Positions 37,257 to 48,401 are shown, counted from the stretch's first letter. The stretch: 64,000 nt of DNA from a candidate division FCPU426 bacterium (GCA_963847625.1 CAWKAR010000024.1:32001-96000), one strand, 5' to 3'. Translations and numbers: made by a program. Notes: generated by a model from the sequence alone, not told the origin.

Positions 37257-38294
37257 GTGAAACCCACATTAAAATCGACGGTTTTCGAAATCGTTCTTTG
37301 CCTGGGCATGGTTGGAAACGCCTCCGCGGGGTTGGAACTGAAAGGATCAGGTTCCTATATAGCTGCTCCCCTTTGCGCCCGCTGGTTGGAGGAATACGCC
37401 CAAGGCCATTCGGGAATCAAGGTCAAGTTCGACGCCAAAGGCGCTTCCGACGCGGTCGGCCAATGGCTGGGAAAGGGAGTGGATTTCGCCGCGTCCGAAA
37501 CACCCTTGACCACCATGGAGGAAAACAAGGTCCGGGGGAGAGGCCCCCTTAACCTGCCCCTGGCCCTGGAAGCCTTGGCCGTCACCTATAACCTGCCGGG
37601 AATCCAACCCGGCCTCAAGATTTCCCCGGCGGTTTTATCCTCCATTCTCAACGGCACCGTCAAGAAATGGAACGATCAAGCCCTGGCTATAATGAATCCG
37701 GGAATTACCTTACCCGATATGGACATCATGGTCGTGCGCGAGGAACACCAAAACACCCTGCATGATTTCCTCCCCTTTTATCTTTCCAAGTTGGATTCCA
37801 AGTGGACCCTCCGGCATGAGAAGGACAAGAACCTGCATTGGCCCGTGGGGGTCCATGTGAAGGGAAACAACAAAGTCCTGGAAAGATTGCGCCGCTACCC
37901 GGGTACGCTCGCGGTGGTTGATTTTTCCTATGCCGCGCAAAAGGGGATGCCGACGGCCCAGGTCAAGAACGAAGCCGGGAAGTTTGTGGGGCCATCGGTA
38001 GAATCCATCCAGGCTTCCACCTCGGACCTGGTCAACCTGCCGGATGACTTCAAGGTGTTTTTAACCCGTTCCCGCGGCCCCGAAGCCTATCCCCTCTGCA
38101 CCTTTTTATGGCTTTTGACCTACCAGGAAAACACCAAAGTCATCCATAACTCCGCCCGCAGCAAGGCATTCGCGGATTTTCTTCAATGGGTTTCGGGTGA
38201 CGAGGGCCAGAAACTCGTGAGCGAATGCTCCTATGTTCCCCTGCCGGATTCGTTTTTAGCCCAAGTCCGGCAAAAGATTCAAGCTATCCGGTAG
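37257..38294 (+). CDS. PstS-like substrate-binding protein (divergent)
   Basis: VDFAASE, VTYNLPG, KWND, AYPLCTF scaffold motifs; canonical phosphate-contact motifs altered. Confidence 0.8.
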   Translation: MKPTLKSTVFEIVLCLGMVGNASAGLELKGSGSYIAAPLCARWLEEYAQGHSGIKVKFDAKGASDAVGQWLGKGVDFAASETPLTTMEENKVRGRGPLNLPLALEALAVTYNLPGIQPGLKISPAVLSSILNGTVKKWNDQALAIMNPGITLPDMDIMVVREEHQNTLHDFLPFYLSKLDSKWTLRHEKDKNLHWPVGVHVKGNNKVLERLRRYPGTLAVVDFSYAAQKGMPTAQVKNEAGKFVGPSVESIQASTSDLVNLPDDFKVFLTRSRGPEAYPLCTFLWLLTYQENTKVIHNSARSKAFADFLQWVSGDEGQKLVSECSYVPLPDSFLAQVRQKIQAIR

Positions 38295-38399
38295 TGGTAA
38301 TAAGGGTTCCGCCGTCCTCCCGAAGAAAGGCCAAAGAGAAGCTTGAAAGTGAGGGCCCTCCTTTGGTGAAATGGCTTACCAGCGCCGATAGAACATGAG

Positions 38400-39941
38400 G
38401 TGGCCATGCCTGACCGGATACCATTGGTAAACCCCCTTCGCGAAGGTTTGTTCAACGATCGCGTGCCAGCCCCCTGCAGCCTGGTCATCTTCGGGGCTTC
38501 CGGGGACCTGACCCACCGGAAGCTTATCCCCGCTCTTTTCGACCTGTTCAAGAAGCACCTTCTCCCGGCCTCTTTCAACCTCGTGGGGCTTTCCAGGACC
38601 CGCATCAGCGACTCCGAGTTCAAGGATAAACTCAAGGAAAGCTTCAAGGAAAGCGAGCCGGGCTTGTCAGATCCCCTTTGGGAAAGTTTCTCCCGGAATT
38701 TCCACTATCTTTCCGGCGGTTACGATGACCCGAAAACCTATCAAGAGCTTTCCAAAACGCTCGGGAATTTGGACAAAAAAAACGGCACCCTGGGTAACCG
38801 GATTTATTACCTGTCCACCCCGCCCAACGTTTTCGCGACCGTCCTGGGAAACCTGGGCGCCACGGGGTTGGCGCGGGAGGAAAAGGGCTACGCCCGAATC
38901 GTCATCGAGAAACCCTTCGGCCGAGACCTCAAGTCCGCCAGGGAATTGAACGCGAAGGTGAGGGAATCCTTCAAGGAAAAACAGGTCTACCGCATCGACC
39001 ATTACCTGGGGAAGGAAACGGTCCAGAACCTCCTCATCATGCGGTTCGGCAATTCCATCTTCGAGCCCATCTGGGACCGCCGGTACGTGGACCACGTGCA
39101 GATCACAGCCTGCGAGGACCTGGGTGTGGGAAGCCGGGCGGGTTACTACGAGAGCTCGGGCGTGCTCAGGGACATGTTCCAGAACCACCTTTTGCAGGTG
39201 CTTTCCCTGGTGGCGATGGAGCCGCCGGTCGACTTCGCCGCCGACCCCATCCGCGACGAGAAATTGAAGGTCCTGCAGGCCATCCATCCCTTCAAGGGTG
39301 AAACCATCCGCCAGTGGGCGGCCCGGGGTCAATACGGCCCGGGTTTCCTGGGAGGGGAGAAGGTCCCGGGCTACCGGGAGGAACCGGGAGTGGATCCCAA
39401 GTCCAACACCCCCACCTTCGCGGCGGTGAAGCTCTTCCTGGATACCTGGCGCTGGCACGGAGTGCCGTTCCTGCTTCGTTCCGGGAAACGCATGCCCAAG
39501 CGGGCCACCGAAGTGGCCATCCAATTCAAACAGCCGCCCAACCTGCTGTTCAAGGGCAACCTCAACGAGATGGCGCCCAATATCCTGGTGGTCCGGATCC
39601 AGCCCGACGAGGGAATCACCCTCAAGTTCGAGACGAAGGTACCCGGCATCACCCTGGAGGCGCGCACCGTCAACATGGATTTCCGTTACAACACGACCTT
39701 CGTGGAGGGGACCTCCGAGGCTTACGAGCGCCTGCTGTTGGACTGCATGCTGGGGGACGCCACGCTTTTTATCCGGGGCGACGAAACCGAGGCGGCTTGG
39801 GGCGCCTTGATGCCCATCCTGGAGGAATGGGAATCCAAACCCCCCGAGGAGGCCTTCCCCAATTACGAGGCGGGCACCTGGGGCCCGGCCTCGGCGGACA
39901 GCCTGCCGGGAGAACCCTGGCGAAAATGGAGGCGGTTATGA
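38400..39941 (+). CDS. zwf: Glucose-6-phosphate 1-dehydrogenase
   Basis: GASGDLT, IEKPFG, RIDHYLGKE, DMFQNH. Confidence 0.97.
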   Translation: MAMPDRIPLVNPLREGLFNDRVPAPCSLVIFGASGDLTHRKLIPALFDLFKKHLLPASFNLVGLSRTRISDSEFKDKLKESFKESEPGLSDPLWESFSRNFHYLSGGYDDPKTYQELSKTLGNLDKKNGTLGNRIYYLSTPPNVFATVLGNLGATGLAREEKGYARIVIEKPFGRDLKSARELNAKVRESFKEKQVYRIDHYLGKETVQNLLIMRFGNSIFEPIWDRRYVDHVQITACEDLGVGSRAGYYESSGVLRDMFQNHLLQVLSLVAMEPPVDFAADPIRDEKLKVLQAIHPFKGETIRQWAARGQYGPGFLGGEKVPGYREEPGVDPKSNTPTFAAVKLFLDTWRWHGVPFLLRSGKRMPKRATEVAIQFKQPPNLLFKGNLNEMAPNILVVRIQPDEGITLKFETKVPGITLEARTVNMDFRYNTTFVEGTSEAYERLLLDCMLGDATLFIRGDETEAAWGALMPILEEWESKPPEEAFPNYEAGTWGPASADSLPGEPWRKWRRL

Positions 39942-41032
39942 GCCCCCTTTCGGCCCAGGAAGTGGAAAAGGAACTGGCAGATCTTTGGAAACCGGGACCC
40001 CAGGAAAAGGCGAAAGACCTGGGTTTGCATAGGGTTTACACCACCAACCTTGTGGCTTACGTTCCCAGCGCCGAAGAGGGAAACCGGGTGGAGCGGATTT
40101 TAAACGACCTGGTCGAGTTTCACCCGGGACGGTACATCCTCATCAAACCCACCGCGGGGGAGGCCGGTCATCCTTTGAAACACTCGGTTTCCGGCCACTG
40201 TGTCCTCGGAAGCGGGCGGGCGAAGAGCGTTTGCTGCGACTTGATCAAGCTGGAGGCGGGAGAGGCGGTCCTGGAGAACCTCTACGGGTTCACTTTTTCC
40301 CTCCTGGTGCCGGACCTTCCGGTGGAATTCTGGTGGGCCGGGGACCTTCCATTGGGCCATTCCTTCTTCCACCACATGGCCGAGGAGGCCAGCCGCGTTT
40401 GGGTGGATTCCTCCCGGTTCAACCGGGTCATTCCCACCCTCGCTTCCTTGGCCGGCACATGGCACCTCCGACACCCCCGAACCCTCCTGGGGGACTTGAA
40501 TTGGCTTCGAATCCACAGGTGGAGGGCGCTCATCGCGGAGTTGTTCGACGGGGACTGGACGCGTTTTATTCCTGAGATCCGGCGGTTCACGGTGGAATAC
40601 GGGGAAGGGTCCCAACCCGCAAGGAGTTTTTACCTGGCTTGCTGGCTCGCCTCCCAACTGGGTTGGAAATACAAGGGCGACAGGATTTCAAAGTTTAAGG
40701 ATGAACTCTGCTTCGAGGGCCCCCGAGGGCCGGTGGAGGTGATCCTGAAGCCTGTCCCGGTTCAGGACGTGAAAAGGGACAGGATTTTTTCAGTCCGGAT
40801 CGCCACCGGGGGGGATACACCCGCATCTTTCACGGCCATGCGGGACCGGGATCCCCAGTGTGTGTCGGTCCAATCCGAGGCCGGCAATCAGGAAGTTTTT
40901 TCCAGGACGGTATCCTTCCAGCATCTTCACAGCAACGAGCTTCTCAACGAGGGCTTCAGGCACCTGGAGCAGGACCTGGTGTGGAACAAGACCCTTCAAA
41001 TGGTGGGTACAGTTCTGGAGAAATCCTCTTGA
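39938..41032 (+). CDS. opcA: G6PD assembly protein OpcA
   Basis: HPGRYI, LLVPDLPVEFWW, GDLNWLRIHRWR; ATGA overlap with zwf. Confidence 0.88.
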   Translation: MSPLSAQEVEKELADLWKPGPQEKAKDLGLHRVYTTNLVAYVPSAEEGNRVERILNDLVEFHPGRYILIKPTAGEAGHPLKHSVSGHCVLGSGRAKSVCCDLIKLEAGEAVLENLYGFTFSLLVPDLPVEFWWAGDLPLGHSFFHHMAEEASRVWVDSSRFNRVIPTLASLAGTWHLRHPRTLLGDLNWLRIHRWRALIAELFDGDWTRFIPEIRRFTVEYGEGSQPARSFYLACWLASQLGWKYKGDRISKFKDELCFEGPRGPVEVILKPVPVQDVKRDRIFSVRIATGGDTPASFTAMRDRDPQCVSVQSEAGNQEVFSRTVSFQHLHSNELLNEGFRHLEQDLVWNKTLQMVGTVLEKSS

Positions 41033-41065
41033 ATCTTGAATTCGTTTAACTCGTTTTATTTAGTT

Positions 41066-42120
41066 CCCGAGTTCCATAAGTAAGTGCAACACTTAGTGTC
41101 TGAAGAAGGCCGCATGAATAGGATATGCGGCTATGAAAAAGAAATACAAGCATTTAAGCGTTGAAGAAAGAGATCATTTATCCGTCTTGAAAGGAAAGGG
41201 TCTTAGCCTTCGAGCAATTTCACGCGCCTTGAAGAGGTCTCCTTCCACCCTCTCCAGGGAACTCAAGCGCAATGCTCCCCCTATCCGTTCTGGTTATTAT
41301 CTTTCTCATCGAGCCCATCAACGGTATGTTGACCGCAACCAACAACGAGCACGCCGTTTACGCCTGAAAACAAAACGAATTCGTGCCTACGTCCGTCGTC
41401 AATTGAAACGAGGCTGGTCTCCAGAACTCATTTCAGGTCGATTAGGTCACCTACGGCCTAAGCAAACCATTGGTCCTGAAGCTATCTATCAGTGGGTTTA
41501 TGCTGAAGCCACTGAGCTGATTCCTTGCCTAGTTCGACACCACCGGCGACGATTCTCATTTGGCCATAGCCGTAAGCACGCCAAAAACCATATCCCAGGC
41601 CGTGTTTCCATCGATAAGCGCTCCGAGATCGCCAATCAACGCAAGCAATTCGGCCATTGGGAAACCGACACCATGGTCTCTCGTCAGAGTAAAGTTGCTA
41701 TGCGGGCTCTCGTCGAGCGTCAAAGCCGTTTTTCCAAGTTGGGAAAGCTCAAACGAAAGACCGCTCGCCAAATGAGTCATAGCCTCAACCGCGCTTTATG
41801 CCGCTTCCCTCAAGACGCCCGCCTGAGTCTGACCTATGACAACGGAACCGAAAACACCAACCACTTGGAAACCAACCACGTGCTTGGTACAAAATCCTTT
41901 TTCTGCGCCCCTTTCCACAGTTGGGAAAAAGGTACGGTGGAAAATACTATCGGTCTTGTCCGCCGCCATTTGCCTAAAAAGACTGATCTTGCTAAAGTGT
42001 CCTTCAAAGAATTCAGGACCATAGAAAGATGGCTCAATAACAGGCCCAGGAAATGTTTGGGCTTTAAAACTCCGGCGGAAGTCTTCCGGCGAAGTGTTGC
42101 ACTTACTCCGTGAATTCGGC
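41066..42120 (+). mobile_element. IS30-family insertion sequence copy 3
   Basis: Same ends and length; GTT target duplication. Confidence 0.95.
41133..42113 (+). CDS. IS30-family transposase
   Basis: Protein identical to the other two copies. Confidence 0.97.
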   Translation: MKKKYKHLSVEERDHLSVLKGKGLSLRAISRALKRSPSTLSRELKRNAPPIRSGYYLSHRAHQRYVDRNQQRARRLRLKTKRIRAYVRRQLKRGWSPELISGRLGHLRPKQTIGPEAIYQWVYAEATELIPCLVRHHRRRFSFGHSRKHAKNHIPGRVSIDKRSEIANQRKQFGHWETDTMVSRQSKVAMRALVERQSRFSKLGKLKRKTARQMSHSLNRALCRFPQDARLSLTYDNGTENTNHLETNHVLGTKSFFCAPFHSWEKGTVENTIGLVRRHLPKKTDLAKVSFKEFRTIERWLNNRPRKCLGFKTPAEVFRRSVALTP

Positions 42121-42319
42121 GTTATTAAAGCTAAAAAACATAAAAAAGAGAATTTCAAGGCAATCTCAGCGATGTTTGAGCCTTGGATAGGTTGGAAAGG
42201 AGAACTCAGGTTGGTACAATATAAATGGAAAGGCGGTTGAAGCCGTTTTTCCTTTCACAACCGAGGGTACGGGTGCCGGGCGTTTTTTTCTCGTTTCATG
42301 CGGTTGAAAGGCCAATTCC

Positions 42320-43189
42320 ATGAGTCCAACTAAAAAGAAAACCGAGACTCTTCCCAAGAAAAAAGCGGTTAAGAAACCAAAAGAGAAAAAAGCAGCATCT
42401 TCTCCCCTGAAGACTACCTCCTCCCCCGTTTCAAAACCAAAAACAAACCAGTTCTCCCCTGAAATCAAGGTCTTCCCGAGCGCCGGGAACCTCTACGAGG
42501 AAATGGCCCCGATGGTCATGATGGCGGCCCGGGAGGCCGTCGACGCCCGGGGCCGGTTCATCCTGGCGCTTTCCGGCGGCAACACCCCCAAGCCGCTTTA
42601 CCAACAGCTTGCCGAGGAACCCTATGTCAACCTGATGCCCTGGGCCAAAACCTTTATTTTCTGGGCGGACGAACGGCACGTGCCGTTAGACAGCCCGGAA
42701 AGCAACTATCGGCTGGCCCTGGATCACCTTTTCGGCAAAGCGCCCATTCCCAAAACCAATCTCTTCCAGGCCGCCTACCCCACCCTGCCGGTGGACCAGG
42801 CCGCCTACCAATACGAGAGAAAGCTCAAGAAATTTTTCGGGCAGGCCGAAATACCCCGGATCGATTTGTGCCTGTTGGGCATGGGGGAGGATGGCCATAC
42901 CGCCAGCCTTTTTCCCGGCGTCCAGCAACTCAACGAACAAAAGCATTGGGTGGAGGGCTATTTCGTGAATGACAAGAGGAAGGAGCGAATCACCCTGACT
43001 TTCCCGGTATTGAACGCGGCCGGGTTGGTATGGGTGCTCGCGACCGGTAAAAAGAAGGCTGAAATAATAAAAGAAGTGTTGGAAGGCCCTTCGGACCCGC
43101 CCCGGTACCCCATCCAGTACCTTCGACCCACGGACGGCAAGCTCCTATTCGCCTTGGACAACGAGGCGGCGTCTTTGCTCAAAAAGTAA
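42320..43189 (+). CDS. pgl: 6-phosphogluconolactonase
   Basis: LSGGNTP, WADERHV, LLGMGEDGHTASLFP, RITLT; Lys-rich N-terminal extension. Confidence 0.95.
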   Translation: MSPTKKKTETLPKKKAVKKPKEKKAASSPLKTTSSPVSKPKTNQFSPEIKVFPSAGNLYEEMAPMVMMAAREAVDARGRFILALSGGNTPKPLYQQLAEEPYVNLMPWAKTFIFWADERHVPLDSPESNYRLALDHLFGKAPIPKTNLFQAAYPTLPVDQAAYQYERKLKKFFGQAEIPRIDLCLLGMGEDGHTASLFPGVQQLNEQKHWVEGYFVNDKRKERITLTFPVLNAAGLVWVLATGKKKAEIIKEVLEGPSDPPRYPIQYLRPTDGKLLFALDNEAASLLKK

Positions 43190-43262
43190 GACTCGTCTAC
43201 CGCTTTTTTCCCCAACCCTCAATCCCGCCATTGACCTTTCGAAAAATTGGAGAAGGTGTGCC

Positions 43263-43838
43263 TTACCAGCGCAAATCCGCGTAGGAGTAAAGCAGCCATA
43301 GCCCATGGAAAACGCAGATGACGAGCAAGGCCACTTGTGCCCGGGGTTTGAGCCCCCTGCGCCAAAGCAGGATGGTGCAAAGAAAAACTAAAAACCATTC
43401 GAAGGGAGCGAAGAAATTGCCGTAATGGTTCGGATCCCAAAAAGAGATGGGGCTGTAAAAACGCCAGTTGCTGAGGGGAAGGAAATGGCGGTGGACGAAA
43501 TCCGCGTGGACCGGCAGGTCCTCCAGGTCATGCAGGGCCATGGCGGCGAAAAAAAAGACGGCTTTCCGGTATTTCAACAGGAGGCAAAGGAGCATTCCCG
43601 CCAGGGCCAAGGGGATGGAATGGGCCCAATCCACCCAAAGTAAACGGTAATGGAATTCGGAAAGAGCTGTTTTCCCCGTGCCGCTCCAGCGCCATTGGTG
43701 AAAGAAAAGCAGAAGAAAATAAAACATCATGGGTGTGTCGGGGATGAAAGATCCCAGGACCAAGGGCCAATTCCTCTCGGGATGCTTCTTGCGGCCCAGG
43801 ATGGTTGTGTTCAATAAGATGTGGGTTGTTGTAATCAT
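43263..43838 (-). CDS. Membrane-bound metal-dependent hydrolase
   Basis: TTH, GSFIPD, HSIP, LHDLEDLPVH. Confidence 0.7.
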   Translation of the reverse strand: MITTTHILLNTTILGRKKHPERNWPLVLGSFIPDTPMMFYFLLLFFHQWRWSGTGKTALSEFHYRLLWVDWAHSIPLALAGMLLCLLLKYRKAVFFFAAMALHDLEDLPVHADFVHRHFLPLSNWRFYSPISFWDPNHYGNFFAPFEWFLVFLCTILLWRRGLKPRAQVALLVICVFHGLWLLYSYADLRW

Positions 43839-43927
43839 GGAAACTTGCGCTCTGGTATGGAATTAAAAGAATAAAAAAAGCCTAAATTAACCGGGACCGA
43901 AAAATCTCAAGTCATTCAATAACAAAC

Positions 43928-45937
43928 TTATTTTAAGGACTTGAGGCTTTCCTTGGCGGCAGACACCACTTTTTCCGGGGTAAAGCCCAGGTTTTTCATG
44001 GCTATGGGGCCGGGGGCGCTGGCTCCGAAACGGTCCAAAGTCACAAACCGGCCATTCGGGCCGGCCCAGCGGTGCCAACCGAAAGAAACAGCCGCTTCCA
44101 CGACGACCCGTGCCGGGAGGGATGGAGACAACACCTCATCCTGGTAAGAAACAGGTTGGGCGGCGAACAATTCCAGGGAAGGGGCGCTGACCACGCGGGC
44201 CGGAATCCCCTCTTTGGCCAGTAATTCCTGGGCTTTCAGGCAAAGTTGGACCTCCGAGCCGGTTCCTATCAACACGACCTGGGGTTTTCCGCCCTTCGCC
44301 TCGGACAGGATATAAGCCCCTTTCAGGAGGCCCGACGGGGGGCCAAGGTTTGACCGGTCGAAAGTGGGTACCGCTTGGCGCGTGAAGACCAGGGTGGTGG
44401 GCGCGTGCTTTCGCTCCAGGGCGACGAGCCAGGCGTAGGGAACCTCGCTGGCATCGGCGGGCCGGATCACACAAGCGTTGGGGATGGACCGCATGGAAGC
44501 CAAAGTCTCCACCGGCTGGTGGGTCGGGCCGTCCTCACCCTGGCCGATGGAATCGTGGGTGAAGATGAAAATAGACTGGACCCCCATCAAGTGGGCCAAA
44601 CGGAAGGCGGGTTTCATGTAATCGTTGAACATCATGAAGGTTCCGCCGAAGGGAATAATCCCCCCATGCAAGGCCATTCCGTTCATGGCCGCGGCCATGG
44701 CATGCTCCCGAACCCCGAAATGGAATATCCGACCCTGGTATTGGCCCGCTTCGAAATCGCCGCCGCCCTCGATGAGTGTGTCGTTGGAACCGGCCAAGTC
44801 GGCTGAACCTCCCATCAGGAATGGGATCTCCTTGGCCAGGAAGTTAATGACCTTGCCGGAGGCCGTTCTGGTGGCCATGCCCTTCTCATCGGGTGGGAAT
44901 GTGGGAAGCATTTTTCCCAAATCCGCCGGCAATTCCTTGGAAAGCGCCGCCTGGTACAGCTTGTAGGGGCCGGGTTGGGTTTTGGCAAAAGCGTCGCGGT
45001 GGGCGTTCCATTCCGCTTCGGCTTTCTTCCCTTTTTCCACCGACTCCACACACCGTTTTTTCGCGTCCTCGGGGATGAAAAAGGTGGGTTCCTGGGGCCA
45101 CTTGAAGAATTCCTTGGTCTTTTTGATGTCCTCGGGAGGCATGGCTGATCCGTGGACCTTGGCGGTATCCTGGAGGGGGCTTCCATACCCGATATGGGTG
45201 CGAACCGCGATCAAGGTGGGGCGTTTCGTTTCCGCCTCGGCCTCGTCCATGGCCCGATCCAAAGCCTCCAGATCGTTACCGTCAGCCACCCTCAAGGTGT
45301 GCCAACCGTAAGATTCGAAGCGCTTCAGGGCGTCCTCGCTGTAAGCCAGGTTGGTATCTCCCTCGATGGAAATATGGTTATCGTCGTATATCACCTTCAA
45401 GCGGGAAAGTTTCAGGTGGCCCGCCAGGGAACAAGACTCGTGAGACACACCCTCCATCAGGTCCCCGTCGGAGGCGATGACCCAGGTCCTGTGGTCCACC
45501 AGGGCGTCCCCGAACCGCGCGGCCAGGAACCGCTCGGCCATGGCCATGCCGACGGCGGTGGCGATGCCCTGCCCCAGGGGGCCGGTGGTGGTTTCCACGC
45601 CCTCGGTGTGGCCCACCTCGGGATGGCCGGGAGTCTTGCTGCCCCATTGCCTGAAGTTTTTTAGTTCCTCCAAGGAAAGGTTATATCCATGAAGATGGAG
45701 AAGCGCGTAGAGAAGCATGGAGCCATGGCCCGCCGAGAGCACGAAACGGTCCCGGTTCTCCCAATGGGAGTTCCCGGGGTTATGCCGCAGGTGGCGGCTC
45801 CAAAGCACGTGAGCGGCTGGGGCCATGCCCATGGGCATGCCAGGGTGGCCCGAATTAGCCTTGCGGGTGGCGTCCACAGCCAGCATCCGGATGGTATTAA
45901 TGGCAAGTTGATCGGCTTGGTCGAAAGGCCTGGGCAT
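43928..45937 (-). CDS. tkt: Transketolase
   Basis: [35 protein letters not shown]. Confidence 0.98.
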   Translation of the reverse strand: MPRPFDQADQLAINTIRMLAVDATRKANSGHPGMPMGMAPAAHVLWSRHLRHNPGNSHWENRDRFVLSAGHGSMLLYALLHLHGYNLSLEELKNFRQWGSKTPGHPEVGHTEGVETTTGPLGQGIATAVGMAMAERFLAARFGDALVDHRTWVIASDGDLMEGVSHESCSLAGHLKLSRLKVIYDDNHISIEGDTNLAYSEDALKRFESYGWHTLRVADGNDLEALDRAMDEAEAETKRPTLIAVRTHIGYGSPLQDTAKVHGSAMPPEDIKKTKEFFKWPQEPTFFIPEDAKKRCVESVEKGKKAEAEWNAHRDAFAKTQPGPYKLYQAALSKELPADLGKMLPTFPPDEKGMATRTASGKVINFLAKEIPFLMGGSADLAGSNDTLIEGGGDFEAGQYQGRIFHFGVREHAMAAAMNGMALHGGIIPFGGTFMMFNDYMKPAFRLAHLMGVQSIFIFTHDSIGQGEDGPTHQPVETLASMRSIPNACVIRPADASEVPYAWLVALERKHAPTTLVFTRQAVPTFDRSNLGPPSGLLKGAYILSEAKGGKPQVVLIGTGSEVQLCLKAQELLAKEGIPARVVSAPSLELFAAQPVSYQDEVLSPSLPARVVVEAAVSFGWHRWAGPNGRFVTLDRFGASAPGPIAMKNLGFTPEKVVSAAKESLKSLK

Positions 45938-46151
45938 CTGAAATTCCCCCGGGTTTTTAGTCAGCCCCGGTCAAGGGGCCGGTTTTTAGGCGTACATATT
46001 AGGCGGAAGGCTTCCTGAAGAAAAGGCCCCAATGGAAGGTATTTGCATCACGGCCAAATCCCGAGGCCAACCCCCGGGGTGTTTTCAACTACTTGCCTGT
46101 TATTCCAGTATAATGAAACAGGTTTTTAAGAAACGCTCAAGGAGAAAGGAA

Positions 46152-46457
46152 ATGGCAGAAGGGGATTATCAACAAAGATTGAAAACGGGCCGGAACGAGC
46201 CTTGTCCCTGCGGGTCGGGCAAGAAATACAAGAAGTGCCACCTCGAGGCGGACGAGAAGGAACTGAGCCGGGTTTTGGCCAAGACCAACGCCGAGGCGGC
46301 TTCCAAGGTGAAGGCGGAGGATAAGGACCATGACCATGCAGGCCATGACCATCCCCATGACCACCACAAGCACGAAAAAGGGGGGCCGGTCAGGCCCCAG
46401 GCTCCCACCAATTTCCAAAAGCAGGTGAACGCGCCTCGCAAGACCGGGGTGGCATAA
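46152..46457 (+). CDS. SEC-C motif protein with His-rich tail
   Basis: [42 protein letters not shown]. Confidence 0.85.
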   Translation: MAEGDYQQRLKTGRNEPCPCGSGKKYKKCHLEADEKELSRVLAKTNAEAASKVKAEDKDHDHAGHDHPHDHHKHEKGGPVRPQAPTNFQKQVNAPRKTGVA

Positions 46458-46533
46458 ATCCTATTCGAACTGGAATTTTGGATATTTAATTTTTCGGGCC
46501 TCAACGGCTCAGGCCCGCGACGGGGAATATTTC

Positions 46534-47046
46534 ATGGAACCATCAAAGATTTCATTCGAGGATAAGGGAAGCCCCCGGCCCTACCAGGTTTCCGATAAGG
46601 AAGCTTGCCTCGACATTTACGACGGAAACTCCCCGAAATTTCTCATCCCCGACGAACGGGAAAAATTCATCGCTTACCTGGATAGTGAGCCCAAGAATTT
46701 TTCCGTGGTGGAGGATGGGGCGGGAAAAGTCGTGGCCTGCGGGGGTTATCTATTGGGCGATGACGGCGGATCGGCCACTCTTTGCTGGGGGATGGTCCAC
46801 CGGGAATTCCACGGCCAGAACATGGTTCAGCTTCTCCTCCAGAGCCGCCTGTCGGCGCTGGCCCAAGACCCGAAGGTGAAAGTGATCCGGCTGGACGCGA
46901 GCCAGGCCAGCGTGGAATTTTTCGTGAAAATGGGATTTGTCACCTACCGGATTACCCAGAATCACTTTGGCCCTAATTTGCACCGCTATGAGATGTACAT
47001 GGTCATGGACGAGGATAAAATTAAGGAAATTTTATCCAAAAAATAG
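46534..47046 (+). CDS. GNAT-family acetyltransferase
   Basis: VVACGG, WGMVHREFHGQ, FFVKMGF. Confidence 0.85.
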   Translation: MEPSKISFEDKGSPRPYQVSDKEACLDIYDGNSPKFLIPDEREKFIAYLDSEPKNFSVVEDGAGKVVACGGYLLGDDGGSATLCWGMVHREFHGQNMVQLLLQSRLSALAQDPKVKVIRLDASQASVEFFVKMGFVTYRITQNHFGPNLHRYEMYMVMDEDKIKEILSKK

Positions 47047-47183
47047 ACCGTCATTTTTAAAAAAGCTCCTTTTGAAATCGAAGCCCCGACCCTGCCGGAT
47101 GAAAATCCGTTCATATTCCCCTAAATCCATCCCATGAAATGGGCCTACCCGATTTAAAAGGGTTTGGATAAAATGCCTTCCTC

Positions 47184-48341
47184 ATGTACCCATGCCCCCA
47201 TTGCGGCCAAGCCCTCGTGAAAAGGCAGAGCGATTACGGCCTCTTTTGGGCCTGCGAGGGTTGCAACCATTGGCTGGTGAGCCTGGCGATCCTGAGACGC
47301 ACCATTGAAACCTCATTCTATTCCAAGCTTTGGCAGGAAGTCCGCAACAGCGGGGAAGGACAGGGTGCGAATTGTCCCATGTGTTCCAAGCCCATGAACC
47401 AGGTATTCATGGGCACTCCCGAATCCCCGCTGACATATCTTGTATGTAAAAACTGTGTTCTCAGCTGGCTATCCCCCGAAGAAAGGGCGGCCATGCCGGT
47501 GCAGGCGGCTCCCGTCCCCAAGGAGCCGGCACCGGAGGAACCCAAAGAAAAGGTTTTGCCCCAGGAAGCGGCCCAATTGCTGGCCCTTCACAAGGTGGAA
47601 TTGCTCGGCGAAAGGGCCAGCCGGGAGAGGCAATTCGACGCAAGCCACCTCCCCTATTGGCAAAAATTCCTGGCCATTGTCGGCATGCCGATTGAGGATG
47701 ATCCCGGGGCGATGATTAAATTCCCCTGGCTGACGGGGCTTTTAACGTTGGTTACCATCGGCTGCAGCCTTTATTTTTTCGGGGATTTCCGCGCGCCCGA
47801 GACCATCGGATTTGTCCCGAGGGATTATGACCAAGAAGGAGGGATCACTTTTCTCACCAGCTTCCTCATTCACGGGGGTTGGGTCCACCTGCTGACCAAC
47901 ATGTATTTTCTTTTCGTGTTCGGGAGGGTGGTCGAAGATAAAATCGGGGGATTCCTGTTTTTAGCCCTGATCCTATTTTCCACCATCGGGGGCAACGCCA
48001 TGACTCTTTGTTTTGACCCCCAGTCCGACATCCCCCACGTGGGGGCCAGCGGCGGCATCGCGGGCGTTTTATTGTTCTATGCCTTCACCTTTCCCCGCAA
48101 GAAATTGGTTTTCTTTTTCTCCACTTACGGCGGTTTGCTGATGCCCAGGTTGGTCCGCATTCCGGCCTGGGCGGCTTTGGTGATGTGGGTCGCGCTCCAA
48201 CTGTTCGGGGCTTCCTTTCAAAAGGTCGGCATGTCGTCCGTTTCTTATTCCGCCCACCTGGGAGGGTTTTTGGCCGGGCTCTTGTTCTGGCTGGCCTGGA
48301 AGGCGTTAAAGGGAAAGGTGGTGTTGGAAAAGCTGGGATAG
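47184..48341 (+). CDS. Rhomboid protease with N-terminal zinc ribbons
   Basis: HLLTNM, GASGG, AHLGG; four CxxC pairs. Confidence 0.92.
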   Translation: MYPCPHCGQALVKRQSDYGLFWACEGCNHWLVSLAILRRTIETSFYSKLWQEVRNSGEGQGANCPMCSKPMNQVFMGTPESPLTYLVCKNCVLSWLSPEERAAMPVQAAPVPKEPAPEEPKEKVLPQEAAQLLALHKVELLGERASRERQFDASHLPYWQKFLAIVGMPIEDDPGAMIKFPWLTGLLTLVTIGCSLYFFGDFRAPETIGFVPRDYDQEGGITFLTSFLIHGGWVHLLTNMYFLFVFGRVVEDKIGGFLFLALILFSTIGGNAMTLCFDPQSDIPHVGASGGIAGVLLFYAFTFPRKKLVFFFSTYGGLLMPRLVRIPAWAALVMWVALQLFGASFQKVGMSSVSYSAHLGGFLAGLLFWLAWKALKGKVVLEKLG

Positions 48342-48401
48342 GGTGTTTTAGAGTCTGGAAATTTTTTGCCGTTGGTTCTTAATCCGATCAAGGAGGATGT
48401 T

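Noticed and set aside
42096..42130. IS30 outward hybrid promoter (TTGCAC in the IR)
   Set aside because: The best -10-like hexamer is about 20 bp away, too far for a sigma70 promoter.
42190..42262. Possible riboswitch upstream of pgl (GGTTGGAAAGGA pairing with TCCTTTCACAACC)
   Set aside because: No recognisable aptamer, and a -10-like site lies inside it; cannot be supported without covariation data.
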